Shown in pieces: positions 34,088 through 42,340 of a stretch of DNA of 64,000 nt. Made by a program: the position numbers and the translations under genes. Position 1 is the stretch's first letter, and each line of letters opens with the position of its first letter. Below the pieces are notes generated by a model. The model did no database searches, had not been told where the DNA came from, and saw nothing but the letters and a program-made list of their open reading frames with translations. The stretch is taken from positions 288,001 through 352,000 of the forward strand of contig JBFWNU010000003.1 of NCBI GenBank assembly GCA_050250895.1, given 5' to 3'. Source of the stretch: Vulcanimicrobiota bacterium (lineage in GTDB: Bacteria > Vulcanimicrobiota > Xenobia > Xenobiales > JADMJV01).

Positions 34088-35350
34088 CTAGCCCCGTCCC
34101 ATCCGTTCAAGCATCCACTGAATCAGTCGGCCATCACTGTTTTCTCCGGCGACGAAGCCCAGTTCTGGATCGATTGCCATCTGACACTGGGTCGTCAGCA
34201 ACTTTAGCAGATTTCCGTCGCGATATGCGAGGCGTTTCTCATTCAGTCCGGAGACGAGTTGGTCAACATCATACCCATGGCCGCTGATGAAGTTGACGAA
34301 ATCGGGAGCCGTCACGTCGGTCTCGCCAGCGACACACAGTTTGTGGACAACTACGTACTCGCAGATGTCGAGTATGGCCGGTTGCCAGGTCGCTTCCTGC
34401 TCGTCCCCGTCGCCAACCGTGGGTGTCTTTAGGACGCCCGTCAAATTCCATTGCGGTTCACCCGAGACCTCAGTGTAATGTCCCCTAATGAACGGGGCAA
34501 GGGGCTCGACGGAAAGCTCGCCCAAAGTTGGCACCACTTTCGTTTCGAAGCGGTAATCCAGTCTGGTGAACAGCTGCTCCAAGAGGATCAATAGTGGGTT
34601 GCCTGCGTATGAAGCGTATAATTCCCATACGTCCGGATCTTGAGAAACCGCAGCATACGGCATCCCGTCGAGCTTAACGAGGGAGCCGGCCGACGTGGCA
34701 ATCAAGTTCGGGAATACCAGTGGTCCGTAACCAAGCTCGGACTCAGTCTCTTGGACGAAGTCCGCGAAGCCTTTTCTGAGAGTGTCTTCGCTCTTGTACC
34801 CGTGGTATCCGAACACGACGCGGAGTGGGAATGCTGATTCGCAAACAATAGTGTGATGCACGCCTTGGAGGTGAATAGGGAGATTCTCGACTTCGGCAGC
34901 GGCGGGCAACGGCATCCCGGCGATATGCCTGAATGCATCATCAGCGAGCTCGGCTTTCAGATCGCGTTTCGGCGGGCCCAGCGCAACGACGCTCCTAAGC
35001 TTATCAAAAGAGTCCGTCAACTCCCTGGTGTAGAGATTCTTCTTAACCTCCAAAACGGCTATGACATCCTCAAGTCTATACTTTCGATGTTGTGTGCGTG
35101 GTATCTCGACACCAGGTCCCAACCCGATCAGGATGTCGATCTGCTTACTCTGCCGATCATCATTCTCTATGACGCCAGTTGCGACCGTGAGACTGGCCAA
35201 TTTTTTGGGCAGAGCCTTCTCAAGAATCTCTCGTGCTAGACCCTCGTACATGTCGCCGATGATGCCCGGATGGCCGATGTTCTGCGCATCGAGAAGCTCG
35301 GTCTCCTTCTTCAAGAGTGTCGTCAATATGTCTGCTATCCTTTGAACCAT
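34088..35350 (-). CDS. DUF6602-like PD-(D/E)XK nuclease-domain protein
   Basis: HPGIIGDMYE, SKQIDILI, AVLEVKKNL; lower GC. Confidence 0.7.
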   Translation of the reverse strand: MVQRIADILTTLLKKETELLDAQNIGHPGIIGDMYEGLAREILEKALPKKLASLTVATGVIENDDRQSKQIDILIGLGPGVEIPRTQHRKYRLEDVIAVLEVKKNLYTRELTDSFDKLRSVVALGPPKRDLKAELADDAFRHIAGMPLPAAAEVENLPIHLQGVHHTIVCESAFPLRVVFGYHGYKSEDTLRKGFADFVQETESELGYGPLVFPNLIATSAGSLVKLDGMPYAAVSQDPDVWELYASYAGNPLLILLEQLFTRLDYRFETKVVPTLGELSVEPLAPFIRGHYTEVSGEPQWNLTGVLKTPTVGDGDEQEATWQPAILDICEYVVVHKLCVAGETDVTAPDFVNFISGHGYDVDQLVSGLNEKRLAYRDGNLLKLLTTQCQMAIDPELGFVAGENSDGRLIQWMLERMGRG

Positions 35351-35535
35351 CCGCCTTCTCCATGGCGTCTCCCGTGGTCAAGAAGTTCGCTGAGTGACAA
35401 CATCCGGTCCTCCTAGCTCTTCATTGTGCGAGTCGTGGCATTGTGAGAGCATCGGACCTCCAACCACCACCACCGCATCCAGCACGGCGTTCCCTTATCC
35501 AGCGGGCACCACAACTTGCGCTTGGCGGGCTAAGC

Positions 35536-35553
35536 CCCCCCTTTTAAGGGGGG
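35536..35553. repeat. REP-like palindrome CCCCCCTTTTAAGGGGGG
   Basis: C6TT/AAG6 inverted repeat followed by a G-rich tail. Confidence 0.55.
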
Positions 35554-35937
35554 TAGGGGGCGTATCCTCAGCCAGGCGCCAGGTCGGCCGTGGCGCTGTG
35601 TGTCGTCGTCTTGGTCCCCGAGGGGTCCCCATCTCCGGGCAACGACGAGGTCAAATCTCGAACACAGCCTCAGCAAATGACCGTTTCGAAGGGTTTCTGA
35701 GCTAGTCGAGTGCGGTTGTCTAATCAAACCCTTAACATTGCGAAGGTTAAGGTCTGACAATATTTGGCGCGGTGCGTACTTCCAGCTGGAAGTGGGTTCA
35801 GTTCGTGAAGCAATCGTTTGCCGAATTGCCGCCGCCCGCTCCAAGCGAGCATGGCAAACTCGTTCGCCCGCCGCGCGGTGGAGCCGCCTCACCCGGCATA
35901 TCAGTGTTCTTTCAGGCTGTGGGACTAGGCTGGATCG

Positions 35938-36501
35938 GTGAGAATCGCAGCCAACATGACCGGCGGAACCCTCGAACGCGAGCGGGCGCAGCTGCAGCAG
36001 CGCATCGCCCAGCAAGACCAGCGCGAGGCCGAGAGCCGCGATGTGTTTGAGGCGAGCGTGCGCAAGTACGAGCGCACCGCCAAACTTCGCAGCGCCCTGC
36101 CGAAGATCGGGCTGGGGTGCACGATGGTCGGCGTGAGTCTGCCCACGGCCGGATTGAATCTAATCTCGGTCAACCGCACTCTGGGGTTCACCCTGGCCGG
36201 CATCGGTCTGGTGGGGCTGGCCGGCTGTGCCGCCTGCATCTTCGCCATCGAGAGGATGAAGTCGCACCGAACCCTGGATCATCTCGAGTCGGAGATTAGG
36301 GTCAAGAAGCTGGCTATGGAAGCGGTGGCTACCGAAAGACAGGGCCTGGCCCAACTCGAGGCCGAGCTGCATGCCAGATTCGACGAGCGCGACAAGCTGG
36401 CCAAGATGCTGGTCGGCGTCGACCGCGAGGTCAACGGGTTGCAAGACCACCCGACCTATGTCGAGGTTGGCGACCAGTCGGTCTCGAAGTCCACCGACTA
36501 G
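35938..36501 (+). CDS. Hypothetical two-TM coiled-coil protein
   Basis: Coiled coil, TM hairpin, coiled coil; stop overlaps the P450 start. Confidence 0.65.
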   Translation: MRIAANMTGGTLERERAQLQQRIAQQDQREAESRDVFEASVRKYERTAKLRSALPKIGLGCTMVGVSLPTAGLNLISVNRTLGFTLAGIGLVGLAGCAACIFAIERMKSHRTLDHLESEIRVKKLAMEAVATERQGLAQLEAELHARFDERDKLAKMLVGVDREVNGLQDHPTYVEVGDQSVSKSTD

Positions 36502-37862
36502 TGCTACCCCCTGGCCCGAAAGGGCTGCCGATTTTCGGCTCGCTGTTTGCGTTCACACGCGACATGCCGGGTTTTCTGGTGGGCCTCAACGAGAGCTACG
36601 GAAGCCTGGCTTCGTTTCGTGTTGGACGGCGGCCAGTCATCAACCTGGCCGAGCCCGAGTTGATCGGCAAGGTGTTGGTCGATGACGCTGATAGCTTCAT
36701 CAAGAGCTACGGCCTGCAGCGGGCCAAGGTGGTGTTGGGCGAGGGGTTGCTCACCAGTGAAGGAGAGTTCCATCTGCGGCAGCGGCGGCTCTCTTCCAAG
36801 GCCTTTCTGAAGAAGCGGATCGATGCCTATGCCGACACGATGGTGAGCTTCACGCAGCGGCATGCGGGCGAGTGGCGCGAGGGACAAACCATCGATCTGG
36901 CTCACCACATGATGGAACTGACCTTGCGCATCGTCTCGAAGACGCTGTTTGATACCGATTCCGCCACCGATGTGCGCACGGTGGGTGAGGCGATGACGGC
37001 TCTGCAGGAGCTGTTTCCGTGGCTTTTGACTCCCTACACTCGCGTGCTCGAGAAGCTGCCCGTGCCGGGCACGCTGCGCTTTCGCCGGGCCAGAGCGGGC
37101 TTGGATTCGGTCATCTATCGCATCCTGGCCGAACGGCGCGCTAATCCCGAGGACCGGGGCGATCTGTTGTCGATGCTGATGCTGGCCACCGATGACGAGG
37201 GCGACGGCTCGCGCATGAGTGATCTGCAATTGCGCGACGAGGTGCTGACCATCTTTCTGGCCGGCCACGAAACCACCGCCACTGCCCTGGCCTGGACCGG
37301 CTATCTGCTGTGTTTGCATCCGCATCACTACGCGCGGTTGCTGGCCGAGGTCGACGATGTGTTGCGAGGACGGGCTGCTCGAGCCGAAGATTACGGGCGC
37401 CTGGAATACACGCGCCAGGTGGTGGCCGAGTCGATGCGACTTTATCCGCCGGCCTGGGGGATGGGACGCATGGCGACCAGGGACTATCCTCTGGGGGACT
37501 ATGTTCTGCCGGCCGGCGGAACGGTGCTGGCCAGCCCCTTCGTGCTGGGGCGTGACGCCAGGTTTTTTCCCGAGCCGCTGGTCTTTGACCCCAGCCGTTT
37601 TTCGGCCGAGCAAGAGAAGGCTCGTCCGCGCCACGTGTACTTTCCGTTCGGGGCCGGCAAGCGCAAATGTCTGGGCGAGCGTTTCGCCTGGATGGAGGCG
37701 GTGCTGGTGTTGGCGACGCTTTCGCAGCAATGGCGATTTCACTACGATCGCGGCGCTCCGGTGCGCTACCGAGCGGCGGTCACGCTGCGGCCTCATCCCC
37801 AGGTTCCGGTGCGACTGTCCAGACGGGAAACAGTGTCCACTTCCTCGAACACCACCGCGTGA
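36501..37862 (+). CDS. Cytochrome P450
   Basis: [18 protein letters not shown] (ExxR), [12 protein letters not shown] heme motif. Confidence 0.97.
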   Translation: MLPPGPKGLPIFGSLFAFTRDMPGFLVGLNESYGSLASFRVGRRPVINLAEPELIGKVLVDDADSFIKSYGLQRAKVVLGEGLLTSEGEFHLRQRRLSSKAFLKKRIDAYADTMVSFTQRHAGEWREGQTIDLAHHMMELTLRIVSKTLFDTDSATDVRTVGEAMTALQELFPWLLTPYTRVLEKLPVPGTLRFRRARAGLDSVIYRILAERRANPEDRGDLLSMLMLATDDEGDGSRMSDLQLRDEVLTIFLAGHETTATALAWTGYLLCLHPHHYARLLAEVDDVLRGRAARAEDYGRLEYTRQVVAESMRLYPPAWGMGRMATRDYPLGDYVLPAGGTVLASPFVLGRDARFFPEPLVFDPSRFSAEQEKARPRHVYFPFGAGKRKCLGERFAWMEAVLVLATLSQQWRFHYDRGAPVRYRAAVTLRPHPQVPVRLSRRETVSTSSNTTA

Positions 37863-38287
37863 GCGAGCTTCCTCAAGAACCCGATTTCGAGACCTTCGAG
37901 CGCCGGGCCCGGCTGGAGTACAACTTCCATCTGCTGGGTGAGGACCAGCTTAGCGCCACCCTCGATGAACTGGAACAGTCGGTCAACGCCTTTCGCGATT
38001 GCCTGGTCTCGCTCGATGAGCGGGCTGATGAACCGCTCACCTGTGCAGACCTCGCCAACAGCCTGCGAGCCTTCGCCCGCATGACGGGCCTGCGCGAGCA
38101 GATGCAGCGGCAACTCGAGCACAGCATCCTCGATGAAAGCCTGGCTCGCACTAAGCGCGATCTGGCCAAACTTCAGCTGATGGCTCGCTTGCTGCCCGAG
38201 GAAGAGCTGCTGCAATCCCTGCACGAACTCGACCCTGAGGTGAGGGCTTTCGTGGATAGTTATCGTCGCCGAAACAGCCCGGATTGA
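37859..38287 (+). CDS. Hypothetical helical protein
   Basis: GTGA overlap with the P450 stop; typical codon usage. Confidence 0.6.
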   Translation: MSELPQEPDFETFERRARLEYNFHLLGEDQLSATLDELEQSVNAFRDCLVSLDERADEPLTCADLANSLRAFARMTGLREQMQRQLEHSILDESLARTKRDLAKLQLMARLLPEEELLQSLHELDPEVRAFVDSYRRRNSPD

Positions 38288-38397
38288 CTGTCCACAACCA
38301 GGGTTGTGGTCGTGGAAAAAATTGCATGAAACTGGGATAACTACGGCAGTCATTCACAAGGAATCCACAGGCGAGTTTGGGAACCCAAAGGGATAAC
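38251..38397. promoter_or_regulatory. Cluster of degenerate DnaA-box-like 9-mers
   Basis: CGTGGATAG 38251, CTGTCCACA 38288, CGTGGAAAA 38311, TCATTCACA 38350, GAATCCACA 38361, plus two GGGATAAC. Confidence 0.4.
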
Positions 38398-38410
38398 ATC
38401 AGGGGGGCTC

Positions 38411-38716
38411 ATGACGGTCAACCCTGAAACGACTACCAGATCCCGTGGTGATCTCAGGAAGGTGACAGACTTGAACAAACAACAACTATCTATCAAACTG
38501 AACTCGCTCGACTCCAAATTCCTCTGCCCTCTGTGCCGGCATGAGGGCCATGCCAACGTGGGACCTCAGCTGTTCCTCTCGGAATGCTGGACCCCGGTGT
38601 GCCGGGAATGTGGAGACGAGCACGCCCCCGCGCTGTCGGCCCTGCTCGACCTCGCTGCTTGTGCGGCCGCGTTTTCGATCGAGGCCCGGGATCACGGAAC
38701 GGCTGTCGCAGTTTAA
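38411..38716 (+). CDS. Small Zn-finger-like protein (start possibly the TTG at 38471)
   Basis: CPLC...CREC; AGGAAGG before TTG; followed by a terminator. Confidence 0.6.
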   Translation: MTVNPETTTRSRGDLRKVTDLNKQQLSIKLNSLDSKFLCPLCRHEGHANVGPQLFLSECWTPVCRECGDEHAPALSALLDLAACAAAFSIEARDHGTAVAV

Positions 38717-38736
38717 GATCACCAAAGCTCAACTTG

Positions 38737-38770
38737 CAGCCCCGCCCTTCGGCGGGGCTCTTTTCTTTCT
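38737..38770 (+). terminator. Rho-independent terminator
   Basis: AGCCCCGCC-CTTC-GGCGGGGCT then CTTTTCTTT. Confidence 0.8.
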
Positions 38771-38805
38771 CGAGGAATTCGGTTGGTCAACACGAACCGT
38801 GGGGA

Positions 38806-40518
38806 ATGTCGACCGGCGACTTGCTCAAGAATCCCTATGTGTGCGGACACCCGGTCACGGGCCAGGAGTTCTTTGGTCGTCGTGACGAGTTGAGTCGGCT
38901 GGTCAGCCAGATTGAGCGTGGCGGACACTACTGCATCCTGGGCCCGGCCAAGGTGGGCAAAACCTCGCTCCTTCAAGCCCTGGCCAAGAGCGATTTAGGC
39001 GATAACTACCTTTTCTGCTATTGCCGCCTGCGCAGCGACGGGGCCAGTCTGGGTGAAGAGATCGAGTCGGCGCTGCGGGCCGCTTTGCGAGAGCGCGCAC
39101 GACGGCAAGAAGGCAGCTCGACGGGTCTGCAGAGCGTGCTCGAAGCGGTCGACCGCATGGACCCTGAAGGCACGGTGCGCAAAGCCGCGGGGCAGGCTTT
39201 CGGCCGGCTTTTTCAGGGAGTGAAGAAGGCTCTCGACCTGCCCCAGACGCCAGCCGAGAGCGACCCCGAGGGGTTGGGCCAGTTGCGTCGCACCTTGGCC
39301 AGGCTCAAAGCCCAGGACCTGCGCCCGGTGATTTTGCTCGACGACGCCGAGCGCCTGTTGCGGGCCCGTCCCGAAGAGCCGGCTTATCGCCGACTGCTCG
39401 AGGCCATCTTCGATGAGCGGTTGGCGAGTTTCGCCCTCACCCTCGGCCTGAGGCACCGCGACCTGGTGCTCAATTTACCCGAGACCTTGAGAATGCGGCT
39501 CGGTGCACTGGCGACCTCCGAGGCTCGCTCTCTGTTCGTGCAGCCGGCCGCGACGCTAGAAGTGGTGTTCACCGACGAGTGGGTCGAGGCCGGCCTGAAA
39601 TATGTGGGCTCGCATCCTTATCTGGTGCAGACCTACGCGTTTCATCTGTTTTCCAGACTGCAGAGCGAACAGCCTGATCGTCAACGTCTCGAGCGCGAGG
39701 TTCGAGAAGCTTGTGGGCCGATTCTCGAGGAGACCATTCAAGAGTTGGCTCCGGCCGAGGCCCAATGGTTGAGAACCCACTGGACCGACCCTTCGCCGGC
39801 CCAGGGTGAAGAGACGCTGGCCCTCAAGACGCTGGGAATTCTCGACGCGGAGGGCAAGCTGGTGCCGGTGCTGGCCGACTTCCTCAAACGTCGCTGGGAC
39901 CAGCCGGCTTCCGAGGCTACTCCGACCCAGGCAGTCATCGAGAAGACCACAGAGCGCACTCTGCTCGAGGTGATCGAGGAGCGCATGCGACTCGACACTT
40001 ATCTGCGCGAGCGCTTTACGCACGTGGCTACCTTCGTGGACATCGACGTGGTGGGCTCGACTCAACTCAAGGTTGGTGAGGACGAGTTCGGCGTCATCTA
40101 TTCCTTCGAAGAGTTTCACAAGTGGCAGAAAGAGAAGATCGAGGGCGGAGGGGGTCGCCTGCTCAACGCCATCGGTGACGAAACGATGAGCATGTTCGAC
40201 GAGCCCGAGCAGGCCCTGACGGTGCTGCGCGAGATGCTCGACGATCTGCCCCGCTTCAACGCCAGCGAGCGCAATCGACTCAAAGGCGACTTCACCTTTC
40301 GGGCCGGGGTGCATCTGGGCGAGGTGATTCGCGACACCACCATCGAGAAGGCGTATTCCCATGTGCTGGACCTGGCCGGGCATCTGCAGAAGCTAGCGCC
40401 CAATGGCTCGGTGGCCGTCTCGCAACTGGTCTATGAGGCGCTGGGCAAACCCGACTATCTCGAGCCGTGGCAGTTCGCCGAACGAGATGGGATCATGACC
40501 TTTCGACTGAAAGCCTAG
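38806..40518 (+). CDS. STAND-like P-loop ATPase fused to a class III nucleotidyl cyclase domain
   Basis: NPYVCGHPV..EFFGRRDEL, Walker A GPAKVGKT, Walker B ILLDD, GSHPYLVQ; cyclase DIDVVGST, IGD, FRAGVHLG. Confidence 0.8.
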   Translation: MSTGDLLKNPYVCGHPVTGQEFFGRRDELSRLVSQIERGGHYCILGPAKVGKTSLLQALAKSDLGDNYLFCYCRLRSDGASLGEEIESALRAALRERARRQEGSSTGLQSVLEAVDRMDPEGTVRKAAGQAFGRLFQGVKKALDLPQTPAESDPEGLGQLRRTLARLKAQDLRPVILLDDAERLLRARPEEPAYRRLLEAIFDERLASFALTLGLRHRDLVLNLPETLRMRLGALATSEARSLFVQPAATLEVVFTDEWVEAGLKYVGSHPYLVQTYAFHLFSRLQSEQPDRQRLEREVREACGPILEETIQELAPAEAQWLRTHWTDPSPAQGEETLALKTLGILDAEGKLVPVLADFLKRRWDQPASEATPTQAVIEKTTERTLLEVIEERMRLDTYLRERFTHVATFVDIDVVGSTQLKVGEDEFGVIYSFEEFHKWQKEKIEGGGGRLLNAIGDETMSMFDEPEQALTVLREMLDDLPRFNASERNRLKGDFTFRAGVHLGEVIRDTTIEKAYSHVLDLAGHLQKLAPNGSVAVSQLVYEALGKPDYLEPWQFAERDGIMTFRLKA

Positions 40519-41384
40519 GTAAAGGCCACGAAGAATCCGTAGCCCCATAAGGCCAGGTTGGCCACCGGCAGGATCAACCCTCCCCACGGCAGCCGATGAC
40601 GGCCTTCGAAGCCACCCGTGAAGCTGACTTTGGCATCGCCTGGAAGGCAGTCTAGCAGCAGCGCTCTCGAGGGGTTGTGAGGCAAGTAAAGCAGGGGCTC
40701 TTCTTTCTCGTCGGTGATGTCGTCATACTCGTGGGTGCTGTAGACGTGCTGCTGGGTCCGTCCGGCCGCGTCCTCGAACTCGAAGGTGAACTTGTAGACT
40801 CTCTGTTCGTTGACCTCGGTGTTGGTGGCTTTCTTCGAGATCTGCCTGGCTTTGGCCACCACGCCATTTCTCAGTAGGGTCCAGGCTTTGAAGCCCCAGA
40901 AGATGTTAAACGACAACAAGAGTAAACCGATACCGCCAAAGATGGCCACTCCGCCGAGAGGGACGGGGGTGGCGCGGCCATCGTGGAGCATTCCCACGCT
41001 GGGATCGTTCTGGCTGTAGTCGACGGAAACTGTCTCGCCCGGGTCGTATTCATACCCTGTCATAAACGAGCGTCCGCCTGACTTTTGTCCGTCCACCTCG
41101 TATTCGAAATAGATGGCGTAGACCGGTTCTTCGTTGATCTCCAGGGGCCACTTCTCGCAGCCCGTGACCACCCCCGATACGGTCGATTTCGGGCCGGTGA
41201 TGGTCTTGGAGCCGGTCAACGAAGTGAAGAAGCCGCACAAATGCAGGAGCACTCCGAGGAAGAGGATCCACAGCCAGCCAAATTGGGCCAGGCAACCCGA
41301 GCAGAACACTTCTAGTAGCAGAGGCGTGGCCACAGCCCGGGGCGGAGGGGCCAGACGGTCGAGGTCTCTGAAACGTTCGGACAC
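40515..41384 (-). CDS. DUF3592-like membrane protein (two repeats)
   Basis: TMs plus FEYEVDG...PGETVSVDY..NDPS and FEFEDAAG...LYLPHNP. Confidence 0.7.
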   Translation of the reverse strand: MSERFRDLDRLAPPPRAVATPLLLEVFCSGCLAQFGWLWILFLGVLLHLCGFFTSLTGSKTITGPKSTVSGVVTGCEKWPLEINEEPVYAIYFEYEVDGQKSGGRSFMTGYEYDPGETVSVDYSQNDPSVGMLHDGRATPVPLGGVAIFGGIGLLLLSFNIFWGFKAWTLLRNGVVAKARQISKKATNTEVNEQRVYKFTFEFEDAAGRTQQHVYSTHEYDDITDEKEEPLLYLPHNPSRALLLDCLPGDAKVSFTGGFEGRHRLPWGGLILPVANLALWGYGFFVAFT

Positions 41385-41481
41385 TCCCTCATGTTCTGGT
41401 CGAGGGAGCGTGGGCCTGCCGGATCAAAAAGGGCCCCCGGGGGAGACCGGGAGCCTTACCAGGAGGTTGATTTCAGGTGGG

Positions 41482-41907
41482 TTAGGCGGCGGCACGGCCG
41501 AAGCGCGTTCCGCAGGCGGTCAGGCGGTTGGCCAGGATGGCCAGCCAACTGGTGGGATTGGGGTCAAATTTCTGCCCTTTGTGCTCGACTTCGCGAACAC
41601 GGCCCATCAGGGACTTGACGCTCATTTCCTGGGTGCCGGTTTCGGTGGCCATCACCAGGCGAGTCTCGGCCGGGCTGATCTTGCTGCGAACGAAGCGGCG
41701 CAGGGCGATGCCTTCGCTGGTTCGCACCACCACCATGTCGCCAGCCCTGAGTTTGAAGAAGCTGCAGGGGTCGATGGCGACTTTGGAGCCGTGGGGCACG
41801 GTGGTGTTGAGGTCGGAGTGGTGAACCACCAGCCGGCGTCCGCCTTCGAGCGCTCCTGCGGACTGGATATCGTTGTTGAGTTTCATTTGCATTCCGGTGT
41901 AGTTCAT
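41482..41907 (-). CDS. Hypothetical protein, degenerate S24/S26 peptidase-like
   Basis: GGAGG RBS; LRAGDMVVVR and LMGRV motifs; no catalytic Ser/Lys evident. Confidence 0.55.
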   Translation of the reverse strand: MNYTGMQMKLNNDIQSAGALEGGRRLVVHHSDLNTTVPHGSKVAIDPCSFFKLRAGDMVVVRTSEGIALRRFVRSKISPAETRLVMATETGTQEMSVKSLMGRVREVEHKGQKFDPNPTSWLAILANRLTACGTRFGRAAA

Positions 41908-42028
41908 CTGTCGTTGCCTCCTAAAACTATCTTACCGGAATCGACCAGGCGCCCCTAGGAGATCCGACACATTGTGAGCCGTCTCACAGGCTCTTGCGCG
42001 AACGCTTCGGCTGTCTTACCATGGCGAC

Positions 42029-42340
42029 ATGCGATGGATACTACTGGTCTGCCTCCTGTCTGCCCCGACCCTGGCCGAGCCAGTCTTCGCCCCGGTCACC
42101 ACTTCGGGGACGCCCCACGTCGAGTTCGGCCAGGACGGCCGAGGCCAGGTCATCGGAGCCACTCAGCCCGAGCAACTCCAGCCGGCACCCCTGCGAGTCG
42201 AGCACCGCCAACCGCTGGTGCGACCGGTGCGGGCTATCCCCTGGTGGATGCGCATGCGCGAAGGCTGCTACTATGACCCCTACCGCTTCTATCGCTGCCA
42301 GCAGCCCAGTCCCTATCCCCCCGGTTGGGACTGTCCTTAA
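42029..42340 (+). CDS. Small exported hypothetical protein
   Basis: Signal peptide; TACCAT 6 nt before ATG; Cys/Pro/Tyr-rich tail. Confidence 0.5.
   Translation: MRWILLVCLLSAPTLAEPVFAPVTTSGTPHVEFGQDGRGQVIGATQPEQLQPAPLRVEHRQPLVRPVRAIPWWMRMREGCYYDPYRFYRCQQPSPYPPGWDCP

Noticed and set aside
31600-35760. Integron cassette array or prophage
   Set aside because: No integrase or convincing attC sites (the AAC/GTT pair at 35730-35752 is too short); no terminase, portal or tail genes
36504-37796. Long antisense ORFs (also 18737-19915, 55148-56347, 60545-61558, 42914-43978)
   Set aside because: Shadow frames of well-supported genes, expected in high-GC DNA
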